Shown in pieces: positions 11,808 to 24,000 of a stretch of DNA of 64,000 bases. The DNA lies in IMG/VR virus record IMGVR_UViG_3300001589_007665, positions 14,910 to 78,909 of that record; one strand, written 5' to 3'. Origin of the DNA: a virus. The position numbers and the translations under genes were made by a program. Positions within the stretch are counted from its first letter, which is position 1; each line of letters starts with the position of its first letter. The notes beneath the pieces are model-generated. The model made no database searches and had not been told where the DNA came from. It was given only the letters and a program-made list of their open reading frames with translations.

Positions 11808-14800
11808 ATGCCAACTCAGCCGTGCAACAACAATAAAAAGATAGCACAAACTTTATTTCTTGGTGCTAGTGTTGCTAATTTTAATACTAGTTTAGGATGG
11901 GGAGATCAATCCTCACAGTTAACCGTTAATCTTATAGAAGATAAAGCCTCTGGTTTTTGTAATACTAGTGGAGGAGCACTATTTGCTCAATTCCCTAATT
12001 CAAGAGAGGTTTCTCCTAATCATTATCATAATTGTATTAATGATGATTGTTATATGTTGTCTGATGGTAAACCTTTTAATTCAAAAAATAATGACTATAA
12101 AGATAGACAATTATTAGGTAAAGTTTATTACCAGTTTTATGATGATCCTCCTGTGATTCCGACAACAGGAAAAACAAATGCCGTGCTGTCAAATTACTGG
12201 ACGCTTCCAGATCCAGGATTTATTGGTGCAGAAACAGCAATCAACAGAGATGGTACTACTATAGAAAGATATGATCCTACAGGAGCAAGTCTTAATCCTG
12301 GTTATGATATTATTAATTGTCCTGTATATTTTAGAGTTGGAGATTTTAGTTTTGGCGGATTAGTTCAGTCTTGGACAACATCAGCTTCTAATTCTGGTGA
12401 AACCATAACCGTTAATATTCAAGATATGAAATCTTTGTTGTCTGAATGTTATATTATTTTGGGTAAATTTTCTGGTGCTGTATTTAGCAAAATAAAAAAC
12501 TCCGAGAGTTTTTATGGAAAACCACATAATTGGGTAGGAGACAATGTAGATTACTTAGGCAGGCTTTATAATGGCAATACTCCCAACGTTTTTAATGTTT
12601 ATGGTTTTTTAGAATCTTTTGGAGCAAATAGTTTTGGTGCTGCTAATCTTAATCAAAATGGTATTTCCGCCAATAAAGTAATAGACGCTTTAAGTGTATT
12701 AGCGGGCAATGTAGATACAGACTCTAGTATTTTTAATCCTGCCCAAACAGGTTATGCTCAGAAAAGTGCTTTTTCTCCTTTTGGTAGAATATTATCTAAA
12801 ACACCACAAGCATATGATACTTATGTTAATATTAGTACTGGTTTTGGTAAGTTTGGAATAGTACCTCCTACGACATCTTTAGCAGATGGCGTCGATAGAA
12901 GTGAGTTTGTTTTAGATTTAAGTGAAATTCCTAGACTACCAGACGATTTTAGAATAGCTGAGCCTGTAATGAGTATTACTGACTTCATTACTAGAATAGC
13001 TGACGAATCTGGATTTGACTTTTTAGTAGATTATTCTCCTATAAGTTATAATAGTAAGATTACTAATGTTATTAAAATAAAAGTCGTATCTAGAAACAGT
13101 CAACCAGTGCCTAATCAAATTAGTAATACTGTAAAAAATCTTTCTTGTAATGGTTTCTTAATTTCTTCTAATAGCATAGGTAAAGAAAAAAATAATACAA
13201 ATTTAAAAAGCATTGTTATTGGAGGCAATCAAAAAAGATTATTACAAATTAAATCCAATAGACTTGCTTATACTCAAACTAATTTAATATTTAATCCTAC
13301 TACTTTAGAATTTGTGAATTATGACACATTAGGCAATAGTCCTACGGCATCAAATAAATTTGCACATGGTAAATACAGATTTCCTTCTGCATTTTCTACT
13401 AATAATATAGACTTATCTAAACAAGTTAATCCTAATCAGGAAGATAGGTATAATGCTGAAGACACATTTACTGATATTGTTACTGGTTCTGACGAGGGAG
13501 ATAAAGATACTTTATATAACGACTCTATGCTTGGTGGAGCAGAATCTGATCCTACACAAGGAAATTATTGGAAGACTATTGAAATTGATCAATCAGACCC
13601 TATAAGTCTTAATAATCCAGGTAGCGCAAGAGATAGTGTCGTTGGAAATGGCTTTAGATGGTTTCCTTTGTTTAAAGATGCTATCTGTCCCTTTTTTGGA
13701 TATGTGAGAGAAGAAGAGCTTAAAGTAGATACAGAAGATAAAAATACAGACTTTCGAGTTCCAAGACCTGTTTATCTAGATACTTGGACAGGACAGCTAG
13801 CTGTTATTGTTAGACTGCATGAATTGCCAGAAATAAGCATACCTTTAAATACAAACTTTTCATTAGAGGGACAACAATGTGTTCTAATTTCAGAAAGTGA
13901 AATAAGATCTGCTCTAGTAGGCTTCGATAATTTTTTAGTCTATTCTTTAGCTAAACAATATCGTCCTGATCTTTTAGAATCTTTAAGACTAAGTCATAGA
14001 ACTAAATATTTTAACAAATTGATAGCTGAAAGAACTAATTCAGCAGAAGCTGCTGCTATGGCTAATAAAAAATATGATTGGTTCTGGAGACAAATCCATG
14101 GAAACATAGCTGGTCCAGATGGTCAACCTATCGAGATAGCTCCTGCTAAGAATGATGGATCATCTTATATAGACGAAAAGGCTATGCAAGATTTACAAAT
14201 ATTACATCAGTTTATTAGTACTCTTGCTGGATATTATGGTAAACAGTACATGGTGTCTTTACCAAATTTACAGTCTTATAGAGATCAACAATATGCTGAT
14301 ATTACTCTAAATACAGAATATGGAGATGCTATTGTTTTTCAAGGTGGGGGAGAAATTTTTTATAATTATGAACCAACTGATGCTGCTTGGGAAGAACCAG
14401 GGAACGCTATAGATAATACTATTTCTGTAGGAGGTGCTAATTATTATGCTTTGGCTGAAAAAGATGGTAAAATAGGCCCTGTTTTAGGATATAATTCTAA
14501 TAAATATTTTGATTATACTAAAAAAGAAATGTGTCGATTTGCTCAATCTGTTTTTAATCAGAATAGAGCAGACTTAACTGATCAAAAAATTAATCCTGCT
14601 TGGAGTTATGATATATTTGATGAATTATTAACAATGAAAGACCAGCAATGTCCTGATAATGGTTTTATTTTTAATAGTATTAATTTAGCAAGTATACCGA
14701 CTACAGAATATATCAACATTAGTGCCGGAGGTGCTGCGAAAGATGCTTTTGCTCAATCTATGGCAAGTACACCTTTACAGAAATGTTATTTAAAAGCACA

Positions 14801-17800
14801 AGCTAATCCGCAAATAGCATATCTTAATCCTAAAAATTTCTATTTCCCTAAAGCTATTGTTACATCTCCAGGATTAACTCTTAATACATCCAGTAGTCAA
14901 TATAATCAAGATCCTAATAGGACAGTAATAACCAATGTATCTACTGAAGATCTAATTATTTATTTAAAAACAACAAATAAAAAATATTGGGACTATGAAT
15001 TTATAGGCTATTTATTATATTATGTTAGTCCTGCTTTTAGAAATCAATTCTACGGTAATTTTGCTGTCTCTAGTAATGAATCAGCTACGCATGTTGAAAT
15101 AGCGCCAAAAGCTGCACATCCGTTTTTTGCAGCAATCCCCATAGAATTAAAAAATTATGTATATGGACCTTGGGCTAATAATGTTTATGTTGATTATTTA
15201 AGAGATCCTCAAGCTGTTTTTCCAGATGGAGTAACGGTTAAAACAGGAGATGGATTTCCGCCAACATGCACAACAGACTCCTCAACGGTCAATGACGAAC
15301 AAGCAAAAAATATTATAGATAATTTAATTGGTCCCATGAACATAGAAGTCGATGAAGAATTAGTTCCTTGGAATTTCGGTGGTGCTGGTTTTATGGATAA
15401 AGTAGCTAATCTTAAAGCATATTCAAAACTAAACTATCAGAGTATAATAGAAACTGCTCAAATAAAAATGCCCGGAATCCCGATCTTTGATATAGGTTCA
15501 AGTTTTGACACTACTACTTTTAATAATGTAGCAATTAATTTTGGTAGCTATATTAGTAATAAAACATATACATATAACGACGTTAAGTTCGGCAATAATA
15601 CTTTAGATAATTATGATGGTTTTGATTTGCCCAATTCTTTAAGCACATTATATTCTTTTAACCCACCTAGTGCTCCTAAGACCGAAACATATAACTATAC
15701 TACAATTGCTCTTAAGACACCATTAGCTAGTCCTAGTACAGTTATTAGTAATATACAGGTTAATGTGGGGAACGGAGCTATTGAAACCACATACTCTTTA
15801 AGAACTTATACCAAGAAATTATCTCTATTTAATAAAACAGAAGTAGACAGGGCGGCAAAACAAGGAAGAGAAGGAATATCAAGAAATAAACAAATAGCCA
15901 GCATATCACAACAAAATAATAACAATTTAATACAACAGTTTAAAACTAGAGAAGATCAGAGAATAAATAGTGCTAATAAGAATTTTGATAGTATAGGCTT
16001 TAGTAGTAAATTATTTGGATGGAGTCCTACAACAGTTTTGGTGGGTCAGGCTTCTCCATATTTAAAGTCTCTAAACACTTTTCCTACTTTTATACCTCCT
16101 AGTTCTGAATATGTATTTCCTGATGAATTTGGATCTTTAGGCTCAGATAATAAAACATATACTTTGCCTACGAGTAAATCTATTGGTGATGACGATGACT
16201 CTAGGTCTGCTGCTTTAATTCAAGGAGAAAGTACCCATGTTCCTACTTTATTAAATAGCAGTAAGTTTAGAGTTGATGTTGGTATGTATGACGTTAAAGA
16301 AGTTAGGACACAATTAAGTTCTGATTATGGTTTGCAATCTGCTATGAGTTTAGACGGTTTATTATCTCCTGTTTCTTTTTATCCAACATTTAAAAGAAGT
16401 ACTTTTAGTTATAGCAAATATGATCTGAACAGCTGTCCATTTTGTAAAGGTACCAAAAAAATAAAATCAGAATATAAATTCTATATTAGCGGTAGTGAGA
16501 AAAAAATTGTAGATTTTGTATATTGTGACTATTGTGCTAGAAGAGATGAAAATCTTAAGTACAAGTTAACAGCAGGTGCTAGTAGTGCTTCTTCAGAAGT
16601 ATTACCTCCATATGTTATTACAAATGAAACAAGCCAATCTGTTCTAGAATTATTTAAAGGACTAAGTGGTGGAGGCAGTTCTTCCAGTACTGCTGGGGAT
16701 AAACCCGAAATTAATCTTGCTACTTTAAATCCAATCTTAGTCGGTGATGGAGATTTTCGTAATACAAATACCCAAAACTATGTTGGTAAGCATCCAGATG
16801 GCAAACATGAAGAATTGTTTTTTGGAAATACTCCTAGACCTTTTAAGGATAGATCTAGACATGGTATAGAAATAGTGGCTAGAGGAGCTGTTGTTCAAAA
16901 TAGTTTAGAAATTAGCAGTTCTAAATATGAATATCAATATGATTCAGACTTTAATCCAGATTATCATAGCAGAGATTTGGAATTAAATAAAAGTGTTAAG
17001 GCAGCAGGGGCAATACCAACATTAAAAGATTATCAGATGAATCAAAGGTTCTTAGGATTAAGAGGACCACTAGTGATGCATGCTTGGGGATACGACAAAG
17101 AAGGATATCCTGTTCCTAACGCTGCTGATGAGCCAAGACTGATTGATCAATTAGGAAGACCTAAAAGATTTAAATTAAAAATAAAACAAGGCTACCCTAA
17201 AAAGATAGCATATTCTGAATTAGCTAATGGATCAGCATATGCAAGCGGTAATGGTATTATAACAAAAGGTGAAGAGTCAACACCTCCAGAAGATGAGACA
17301 GAAGTACAGCATTATGTTTATGAAAACGACTTGGAAAATAATGGAGGTTTCCTAGATGCCAGCATGACAGGAGAAGATAGGATGACTGGTTTTCAGGGAG
17401 ATATTATTAGCAAGACACAATCTTTTGATAATGGTAAATGGTCAGAAAAGACTAAATTAAAAGAATTTTACTTAAATTTTGGAGAACGTCCTGATTTATG
17501 GCCAGTTGGACCAATTGATCTGCGATGGGATGAAGATAGACATGTTTGGAGTGTTCCTGTAGACGTTACTGTATACAAGATGGTTTATGTGACTTTAGAA
17601 GAGAATATGATAAAAGCAGCAGATTATTTTGATGAGACATTACCCGCTAGAGGATTTTTAGATGAATTAGAATATAGACAAGAACCGTTGCCTAATAATG
17701 CTAGGAGATTAGTATATGTAAGAGATAAAAGTGGTTATACCGCACCTAGAGGAGCAAAATTATTATGCAGATATGATACAGGCTCAGGATATTACGAGCC

Positions 17801-18014
17801 AGTATCTAAACCTTCTTTTAGTGCATATGGAGTTTTACTAGATGATAATCAGGCTACAATAGACATGGATTATGCTCAAGGTAAAGTAGCAGGTTCTGTA
17901 CCAACTATGCAAGTTAAATATGATAATAAATTTAATGAGACTTTTAGTATAAATGCTAAAGCATTTTTTAATTTTAATGGAGGCAAGTGGATATTAATTC
18001 GCGCTGGATATTAA
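11808..18014 (+). CDS. Giant hypothetical protein (2068 aa), probably tail/baseplate component; contains a CxxC...CxxC motif
   Basis: Uninterrupted ORF with TAGGA RBS; CPFCKG...CDYC; function inferred from context only. Confidence 0.4.
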   Translation: MPTQPCNNNKKIAQTLFLGASVANFNTSLGWGDQSSQLTVNLIEDKASGFCNTSGGALFAQFPNSREVSPNHYHNCINDDCYMLSDGKPFNSKNNDYKDRQLLGKVYYQFYDDPPVIPTTGKTNAVLSNYWTLPDPGFIGAETAINRDGTTIERYDPTGASLNPGYDIINCPVYFRVGDFSFGGLVQSWTTSASNSGETITVNIQDMKSLLSECYIILGKFSGAVFSKIKNSESFYGKPHNWVGDNVDYLGRLYNGNTPNVFNVYGFLESFGANSFGAANLNQNGISANKVIDALSVLAGNVDTDSSIFNPAQTGYAQKSAFSPFGRILSKTPQAYDTYVNISTGFGKFGIVPPTTSLADGVDRSEFVLDLSEIPRLPDDFRIAEPVMSITDFITRIADESGFDFLVDYSPISYNSKITNVIKIKVVSRNSQPVPNQISNTVKNLSCNGFLISSNSIGKEKNNTNLKSIVIGGNQKRLLQIKSNRLAYTQTNLIFNPTTLEFVNYDTLGNSPTASNKFAHGKYRFPSAFSTNNIDLSKQVNPNQEDRYNAEDTFTDIVTGSDEGDKDTLYNDSMLGGAESDPTQGNYWKTIEIDQSDPISLNNPGSARDSVVGNGFRWFPLFKDAICPFFGYVREEELKVDTEDKNTDFRVPRPVYLDTWTGQLAVIVRLHELPEISIPLNTNFSLEGQQCVLISESEIRSALVGFDNFLVYSLAKQYRPDLLESLRLSHRTKYFNKLIAERTNSAEAAAMANKKYDWFWRQIHGNIAGPDGQPIEIAPAKNDGSSYIDEKAMQDLQILHQFISTLAGYYGKQYMVSLPNLQSYRDQQYADITLNTEYGDAIVFQGGGEIFYNYEPTDAAWEEPGNAIDNTISVGGANYYALAEKDGKIGPVLGYNSNKYFDYTKKEMCRFAQSVFNQNRADLTDQKINPAWSYDIFDELLTMKDQQCPDNGFIFNSINLASIPTTEYINISAGGAAKDAFAQSMASTPLQKCYLKAQANPQIAYLNPKNFYFPKAIVTSPGLTLNTSSSQYNQDPNRTVITNVSTEDLIIYLKTTNKKYWDYEFIGYLLYYVSPAFRNQFYGNFAVSSNESATHVEIAPKAAHPFFAAIPIELKNYVYGPWANNVYVDYLRDPQAVFPDGVTVKTGDGFPPTCTTDSSTVNDEQAKNIIDNLIGPMNIEVDEELVPWNFGGAGFMDKVANLKAYSKLNYQSIIETAQIKMPGIPIFDIGSSFDTTTFNNVAINFGSYISNKTYTYNDVKFGNNTLDNYDGFDLPNSLSTLYSFNPPSAPKTETYNYTTIALKTPLASPSTVISNIQVNVGNGAIETTYSLRTYTKKLSLFNKTEVDRAAKQGREGISRNKQIASISQQNNNNLIQQFKTREDQRINSANKNFDSIGFSSKLFGWSPTTVLVGQASPYLKSLNTFPTFIPPSSEYVFPDEFGSLGSDNKTYTLPTSKSIGDDDDSRSAALIQGESTHVPTLLNSSKFRVDVGMYDVKEVRTQLSSDYGLQSAMSLDGLLSPVSFYPTFKRSTFSYSKYDLNSCPFCKGTKKIKSEYKFYISGSEKKIVDFVYCDYCARRDENLKYKLTAGASSASSEVLPPYVITNETSQSVLELFKGLSGGGSSSSTAGDKPEINLATLNPILVGDGDFRNTNTQNYVGKHPDGKHEELFFGNTPRPFKDRSRHGIEIVARGAVVQNSLEISSSKYEYQYDSDFNPDYHSRDLELNKSVKAAGAIPTLKDYQMNQRFLGLRGPLVMHAWGYDKEGYPVPNAADEPRLIDQLGRPKRFKLKIKQGYPKKIAYSELANGSAYASGNGIITKGEESTPPEDETEVQHYVYENDLENNGGFLDASMTGEDRMTGFQGDIISKTQSFDNGKWSEKTKLKEFYLNFGERPDLWPVGPIDLRWDEDRHVWSVPVDVTVYKMVYVTLEENMIKAADYFDETLPARGFLDELEYRQEPLPNNARRLVYVRDKSGYTAPRGAKLLCRYDTGSGYYEPVSKPSFSAYGVLLDDNQATIDMDYAQGKVAGSVPTMQVKYDNKFNETFSINAKAFFNFNGGKWILIRAGY

Positions 18015-18030
18015 TTAACTTAGGATAAAT

Positions 18031-21000
18031 ATGTCATCTTTTTTTAATAACTACATGGTAAATGATTTAGAATCTTATAATTTACCACCTGATGCTAGTG
18101 TTATAAATTTCCCTGAAGGATTTAGTGGCGACGTATCTATAAATACAGAGTGGCTACTAAGCCAAATGCAAAACACTAGTGTTGATAGAGAAGGGTGGAG
18201 ACCAATATGGGTGACATTAGGTAGTTCGAATGTTACTACAAAAACCATTAATAGGAATCTAACAGAATCAAAATCTATACTTGGCTGTGAAAGGTTTTTA
18301 AGTTTCCAGCCCAAATTTCGTGAGTGGCAAGTTAAGTCTGGTTTTCCTAATATGTCATTAGATTGGCACTTAAATACAAATGATTTACCCCACGATCCTT
18401 TGTATGGTATCATTGGATGGTTTGCTAAATCGACTGCTTCAAATTTTAATATCGGTGAACAATCATATAATTTATATATTGCTGATGGTGACATATTTTC
18501 TTATGCTGATTCCGCGTTGCCAAGGCAGGTGATATACAATTTGAGCCTATGTTCAAAAACACATATATCTCCTACTTTATGGAAAAAATATCAAAAAATA
18601 TATAGTATTTTAACTTCTAATCGACCAATGCAAAATACAGATGGCGATGCTATTTCTTTTCATCAACAAAGATGGTTAAGAAAAATAGCTGCTGTTTTTG
18701 CTTCTGGCCCACAGTTAGATGGTATCACACAAGAAATACTTACAGACTCTAATGTTTTAGACTTTTTGTTTACAGAGACAATACCTTCTCTTATTACGAG
18801 CTCAACAAATGAAATTACGGCTATAAATAAATTTTTAGATTATATTGATAATAATACAAGTAGTACACAATTAAATGGTAGCATATATGAAAACCAGATA
18901 AATTATAGTTACATAAGTACAAAAAAAGAACTCTTTACTAAACTAATGAGTAAATATACTGCTTATTTAGACTTGAATAAGCCTTCTGTAATTTCATATC
19001 CTATTGATAATGGTCCACATTTTTATATGAATCAAGTACTAACAGACCATTGCGACAAAAACTTAAAGGGAACAACCGTATATAATAATATACATTTTCA
19101 GGCAGGTCCATATGAATTTAAGTCTAATTTTAGCAATAGGACTACAGAATACATAATTAAAGGAGCTGATAAAGAATATAAAATTCCTACATTTGATATA
19201 GCTAAAAATTTTCAGTTTTATGAGATAGACAAGCCTATTGGAGTTACTGTTGGAGGGGACGTCTATATACCGGTTACTAAACAAGGTAATAGTAATTTAA
19301 ATGAAGACAATACGGCCAGATGCGAAGATGGAAGGCTCGCTACTGGAGTAACGTTGCCTAAATTACAATTAAGTACAGAATATTTAAGATCGGTTTTAGG
19401 AGATGCATATTTTCCATTTTTTGATATAGATGCTGCTACTTTTTCTTTTAAATTAATATCTGGACCTAATAAAGGTATTATATTTACAGAAAATGATTTA
19501 GAACAAGAAATGAATTTTACTAAAATAGGTAGATATAGAATAAGATTAACTGTTTCTATAGACACCTTATCTGTATCTGATGAATTTTCTGTAACACTCG
19601 TTAACAAAACAGGATGTATAATAGGTATTGATGCAAATGGGGAGATAGCTGTTAAAGATCCAGCATCTAATGATGGTGGCTGGTCTGTTGACGGAGGACT
19701 TTCTGACAGTGAGAGGCGGAGGTTTCTAGGAGGAGGAGCTGAAGCTGAAGAAGCTGATGAAGCTGTAGATTTTATACCAGATAATTATTATAGTCCTACC
19801 AATGAAAGCCCAGTTACATTTGGTAGAAATAGAGCTAAACAATATGTTAATTATATAGATAATAGAAAGTCTGTATTGACTATACAGGAAATACCTGTTG
19901 ATACTGTAAAACCATTATGTCCTGGAGTTAGACAGTTGATGATGAGTAAATATGGAGTTATTTGTCCTGTAAAAACCAATTCATATATTGCTGTTGACGC
20001 CCCAGACACATTACCTAATGACGATGGGCAATCTTCTGGTGCAGATACTATTCTAAGACTTGATGATGCTACAAGATTCAACAAGTTTTTCTTTAAAACT
20101 ATTGAATCAGGTGACAATTCTACAGAATTAAAGATAAGTTATATTCCTGGCAATGCGACCATGAAACTTTATAGGATGAATTTAGAATCTATTAGAGATG
20201 GGGATTCCAATGGCTTTTCGAATACCGGCTACGGATCAGGGAGTAGCACTGCTAAAAGTCCATATCAAAACTTTCTATACAAAATAAAGAAACCAAACAG
20301 AGAAAGGACAGCTAACGAAACCAAATTTTATAGAGAAGCACCTGGAGAAACAAGTATGCTATTAAGATATAATAAAGATAAAGCATACATCGAAAGCGTA
20401 GAAACTTATCCTAGTTTAGAATTTGGTCTTGAGCGTGCTCCGGGTATTGCTACTTTCGGTGGATGGGAAGGCGATAAAGAAGGTTTATTCGAAAATACCC
20501 CAGATTATGATCAGTTAAAAAATTATTTTATCAGTAAGGGCAATGTCAGTTACTTTCCAAAATATGTAAAAGGCCACTGGTTGAATTATCACAAACCTGG
20601 AGATGCTGAATTTGGAGGAGGCTGGAAGGGCCCACCCGCTATATGCTATTTAAGAGAAGCAAAAGTGTATTCTGATACAGATTCTTCAAACGGCTATGAT
20701 GCCCTTAATCCCAATATACGGTTTCAAAAAGGTACATTTGATCCTTCTGTTGGTTTTTTATTGGGAGATAATCCATATAACAATAAAACTAGTTCTTTAA
20801 AATTTAATGCTGGTAATAAAAAAAGTTTTCTTTTTAAAGGTCCAGGATTTTACAATGGCATTAGAGGTGATGGGTCTGTGCCTATTAAAGAAGGCAAGGA
20901 AAATATTAATGAAGTCCCCCAATCTGTTTCTATGAGGTCTAATATAACATTAAACAATAATGGATGGCAAGCACAATTTGTAAATGTAGAAGGATCAGAT

Positions 21001-24000
21001 GGACAGACAGAAATAATTTTAGATAATCCAAACGTTATAGAAGAATTTGCTACGCATCATGGCTACAGAAGATTGGGTGGCTATGGAGATGCAAAAATAC
21101 CACAATTGTGGAAGTCTGATGAATATGAAGTAAGTCCAGGTTCTTATACTTTCGCACAAAGAGGCAAGAGATTGATTGCAGAAGGTAGGGATCAAGATGG
21201 CACTCTAATAGCTGCACAAATTAAAGATGTAGAAGTAAAACTAAATTTCTTGAATCAAGTTAATCTGAAAGATGTTAAAATTAAATTATCAATGAGGCCA
21301 TCTTTTTCTACAAGATCTAGAATGAAACCCAAAAGTGATGGTATAAGTTTAAATCCAACTACTAAAGAATTCAACACAGATCCATATAGCTACGCTAATT
21401 CTACAACTACCCAGACGATACAAAACTTTAATACAGAAGCTGATGAGTATACAGAAGCATATGAAGATAGAAGCTCTTTATACGACAATATACAACATGA
21501 AGGATTGGCTCAGTATATGAGATCTTTAGATCTTGATAATAATATCACAACCGATTCGTTTACTTTAACCTTATTAAATAGAGAAAATGTAGATGCTAAT
21601 ACCATAGATACTTGCTTACGCTTTTCAGACAGAGCTAATAAATACAATGTTCCAACTAATTATAATATATATAATAGTGGTTTAAATTTAAATCAAAATA
21701 TTACTAGTACAATATTACCACCTTCATTATCGAATCCAAGGTATTCAATGAAAGAGATAAATGAATATTCCGCAATGATGAGAACTAATGACTTTATACC
21801 ATTGTCTAATACATTTGCTAAATTTAGAAATCATTTTATTTTTAAGGGTGCCCTAGAGGAATCAGATAAAGAAGGCTCAATAGTAAAACCAGACTCTAAT
21901 ACAACCTTTACTTTAGAAATAGAATGTTTTGGCGACGACGATATGGTAAGTCTAGATACCATTTCAAATCTAGCCAGCAAATTAGACGAAAAGCCATCTG
22001 AAAATAAAAGAAGTTCTGATAGCTTATTTAATTCCTTGTGTTCTTGGGAAGTTATTATTCATACAGATACTCCAAAGATGAATGATGGAGACAGTCTTGG
22101 TATGATTAATTATGGATATGCCCCAGATATACCAGGACATAATTATATATCAACGGATCCTAATATTAAATTAAAACTACCTAAAACAGTTTTAGATGCT
22201 CCAAATAATTCTTTGTCTGACTATAGTGATTGTATTTTTGATGACGAGACACGAGAAACTATTGGATATATAAGACCTCCTGAAGCTATTAAATTTCCAT
22301 CAGCTGCATTAGCTATGGCTTTGGCATCGATTGCATCTATGGGATTGCTTGGTGGAGTAGTTGGGATTATGGCTGCTTTTGTAATTTCATTACCAAGTTT
22401 TAGCTTTATCACTAAAATGTTAAGTAATATTAGAAGGGCAGAAGTAGATCAAGCCCTGTCTGACGCAACAGTAAAGAGCGATTATACTAAATATGGATAT
22501 GGTCAATCAGACAAGATATTGCTTAATGTTGGATCGAATAAAGGCATAGTATATAACTTAGAAGCGGCAATATATAGGTATTCAAATACTCCTATATTAA
22601 AACAAAAAGTTAGAGATTATGTTAAGCCAGGCCCTTGTTTCTTGCCAGAATTAGGAACGTTCCCCTTAACAGAACTTAAAGATATTCTTGATTTATTTGA
22701 ACCAGAAGATATTAGTAAGGAATTAGCAGATGAACTTAAAACAAAACCCAGCATTAATAGCATACCACATAAGATATTAATGAATAATAACATTATGTCT
22801 TTAGATCTTGAATCCCCTCAAACTATGAGATTAATTCCTGGTAAAAGAGCTTATAATTATTTTGATGTGGGTCAAGAAGTATATGATCCAGGAATTTTTT
22901 GTACAGACGTAGGGCCTAAATTCGACCTGGTCTCAAATCTTGGGCCTCCGTCCTACTCACCACCACCACCTTCTCCTCCACCTCTTCCTCCTCCTTCTCC
23001 ACCTTCTCCTCCGCCACCAAGTTCACCAGGTTTCGAGTCTGCGTCCTATCACGAGGAAGAGCCTTCTCCTTCGCCTCCACCTAGTTCACCGCCACCACCT
23101 GTTTCATTGCCACCTCCTCCTCCGCCACCGAAGCCTGCTACGATATTGGCAAAAGGTTTTATTTTAATAAATGGACTGTACTATACTATATTACAATTTA
23201 ATATCTCTTTACAATATTCTTCTATATGTTTAAAGCCTGATGAAAATCCTAATATTCTTGTATATTCAACAGTAGGAGATGCCCCTTCCTATAATCATGT
23301 AATTCCTGCAAGCCAAACAAACAATACTCTATTCCCCCAATTATCCTATGGCTCTTCTCAAATTGTAAATTCTTCTTTTGTTAGCAATCAAGATATTCAT
23401 AATAGACTACCAACTATATATGATATTTTTAATAATCAAGAAAACAATGTAAAGTCACTAAGTCGTGTAAATTTATTTGGCAAATATCTTACCAAAGGGG
23501 ACGGATCAATTGGAGGAAGATTAACAAGAAATTCCATACCTGAAAAACATGATTTAGAAAATTATAAAGGCAAAGAGTCTATGGCCACAACATCAGACCC
23601 TGATAACGGTTCGACTACTGCTGTAGCAGGATACTCATATAATTTATTTGATTTGTATTCTCCCATATCAAGAACAAGTTCCCAAGGAATAGAACTAAAA
23701 ACACAAGATAGCAATTTAATATCTCCTAACCTACAAGACCTATTAACAAATATAGAAAATGTGTCGGATAAACACTTTAATATAGTAGAAATAAAATCAC
23801 AAAAATTTTCAAAACCTTGGCAAGATGTAGATATTCAAGGTTTCGCTACTATTGAAAATGAATTTCAACCAGGTTTTTGTATTGGCTTAAATAGTATCCA
23901 AGGCAAAAATGGTACTATAGTAACACACATTATAGACAGATTAAACTTTTTAAATTCTACAGATTCTCTTGTGGGAGATGAATCCTTTAATCAAATGTCT

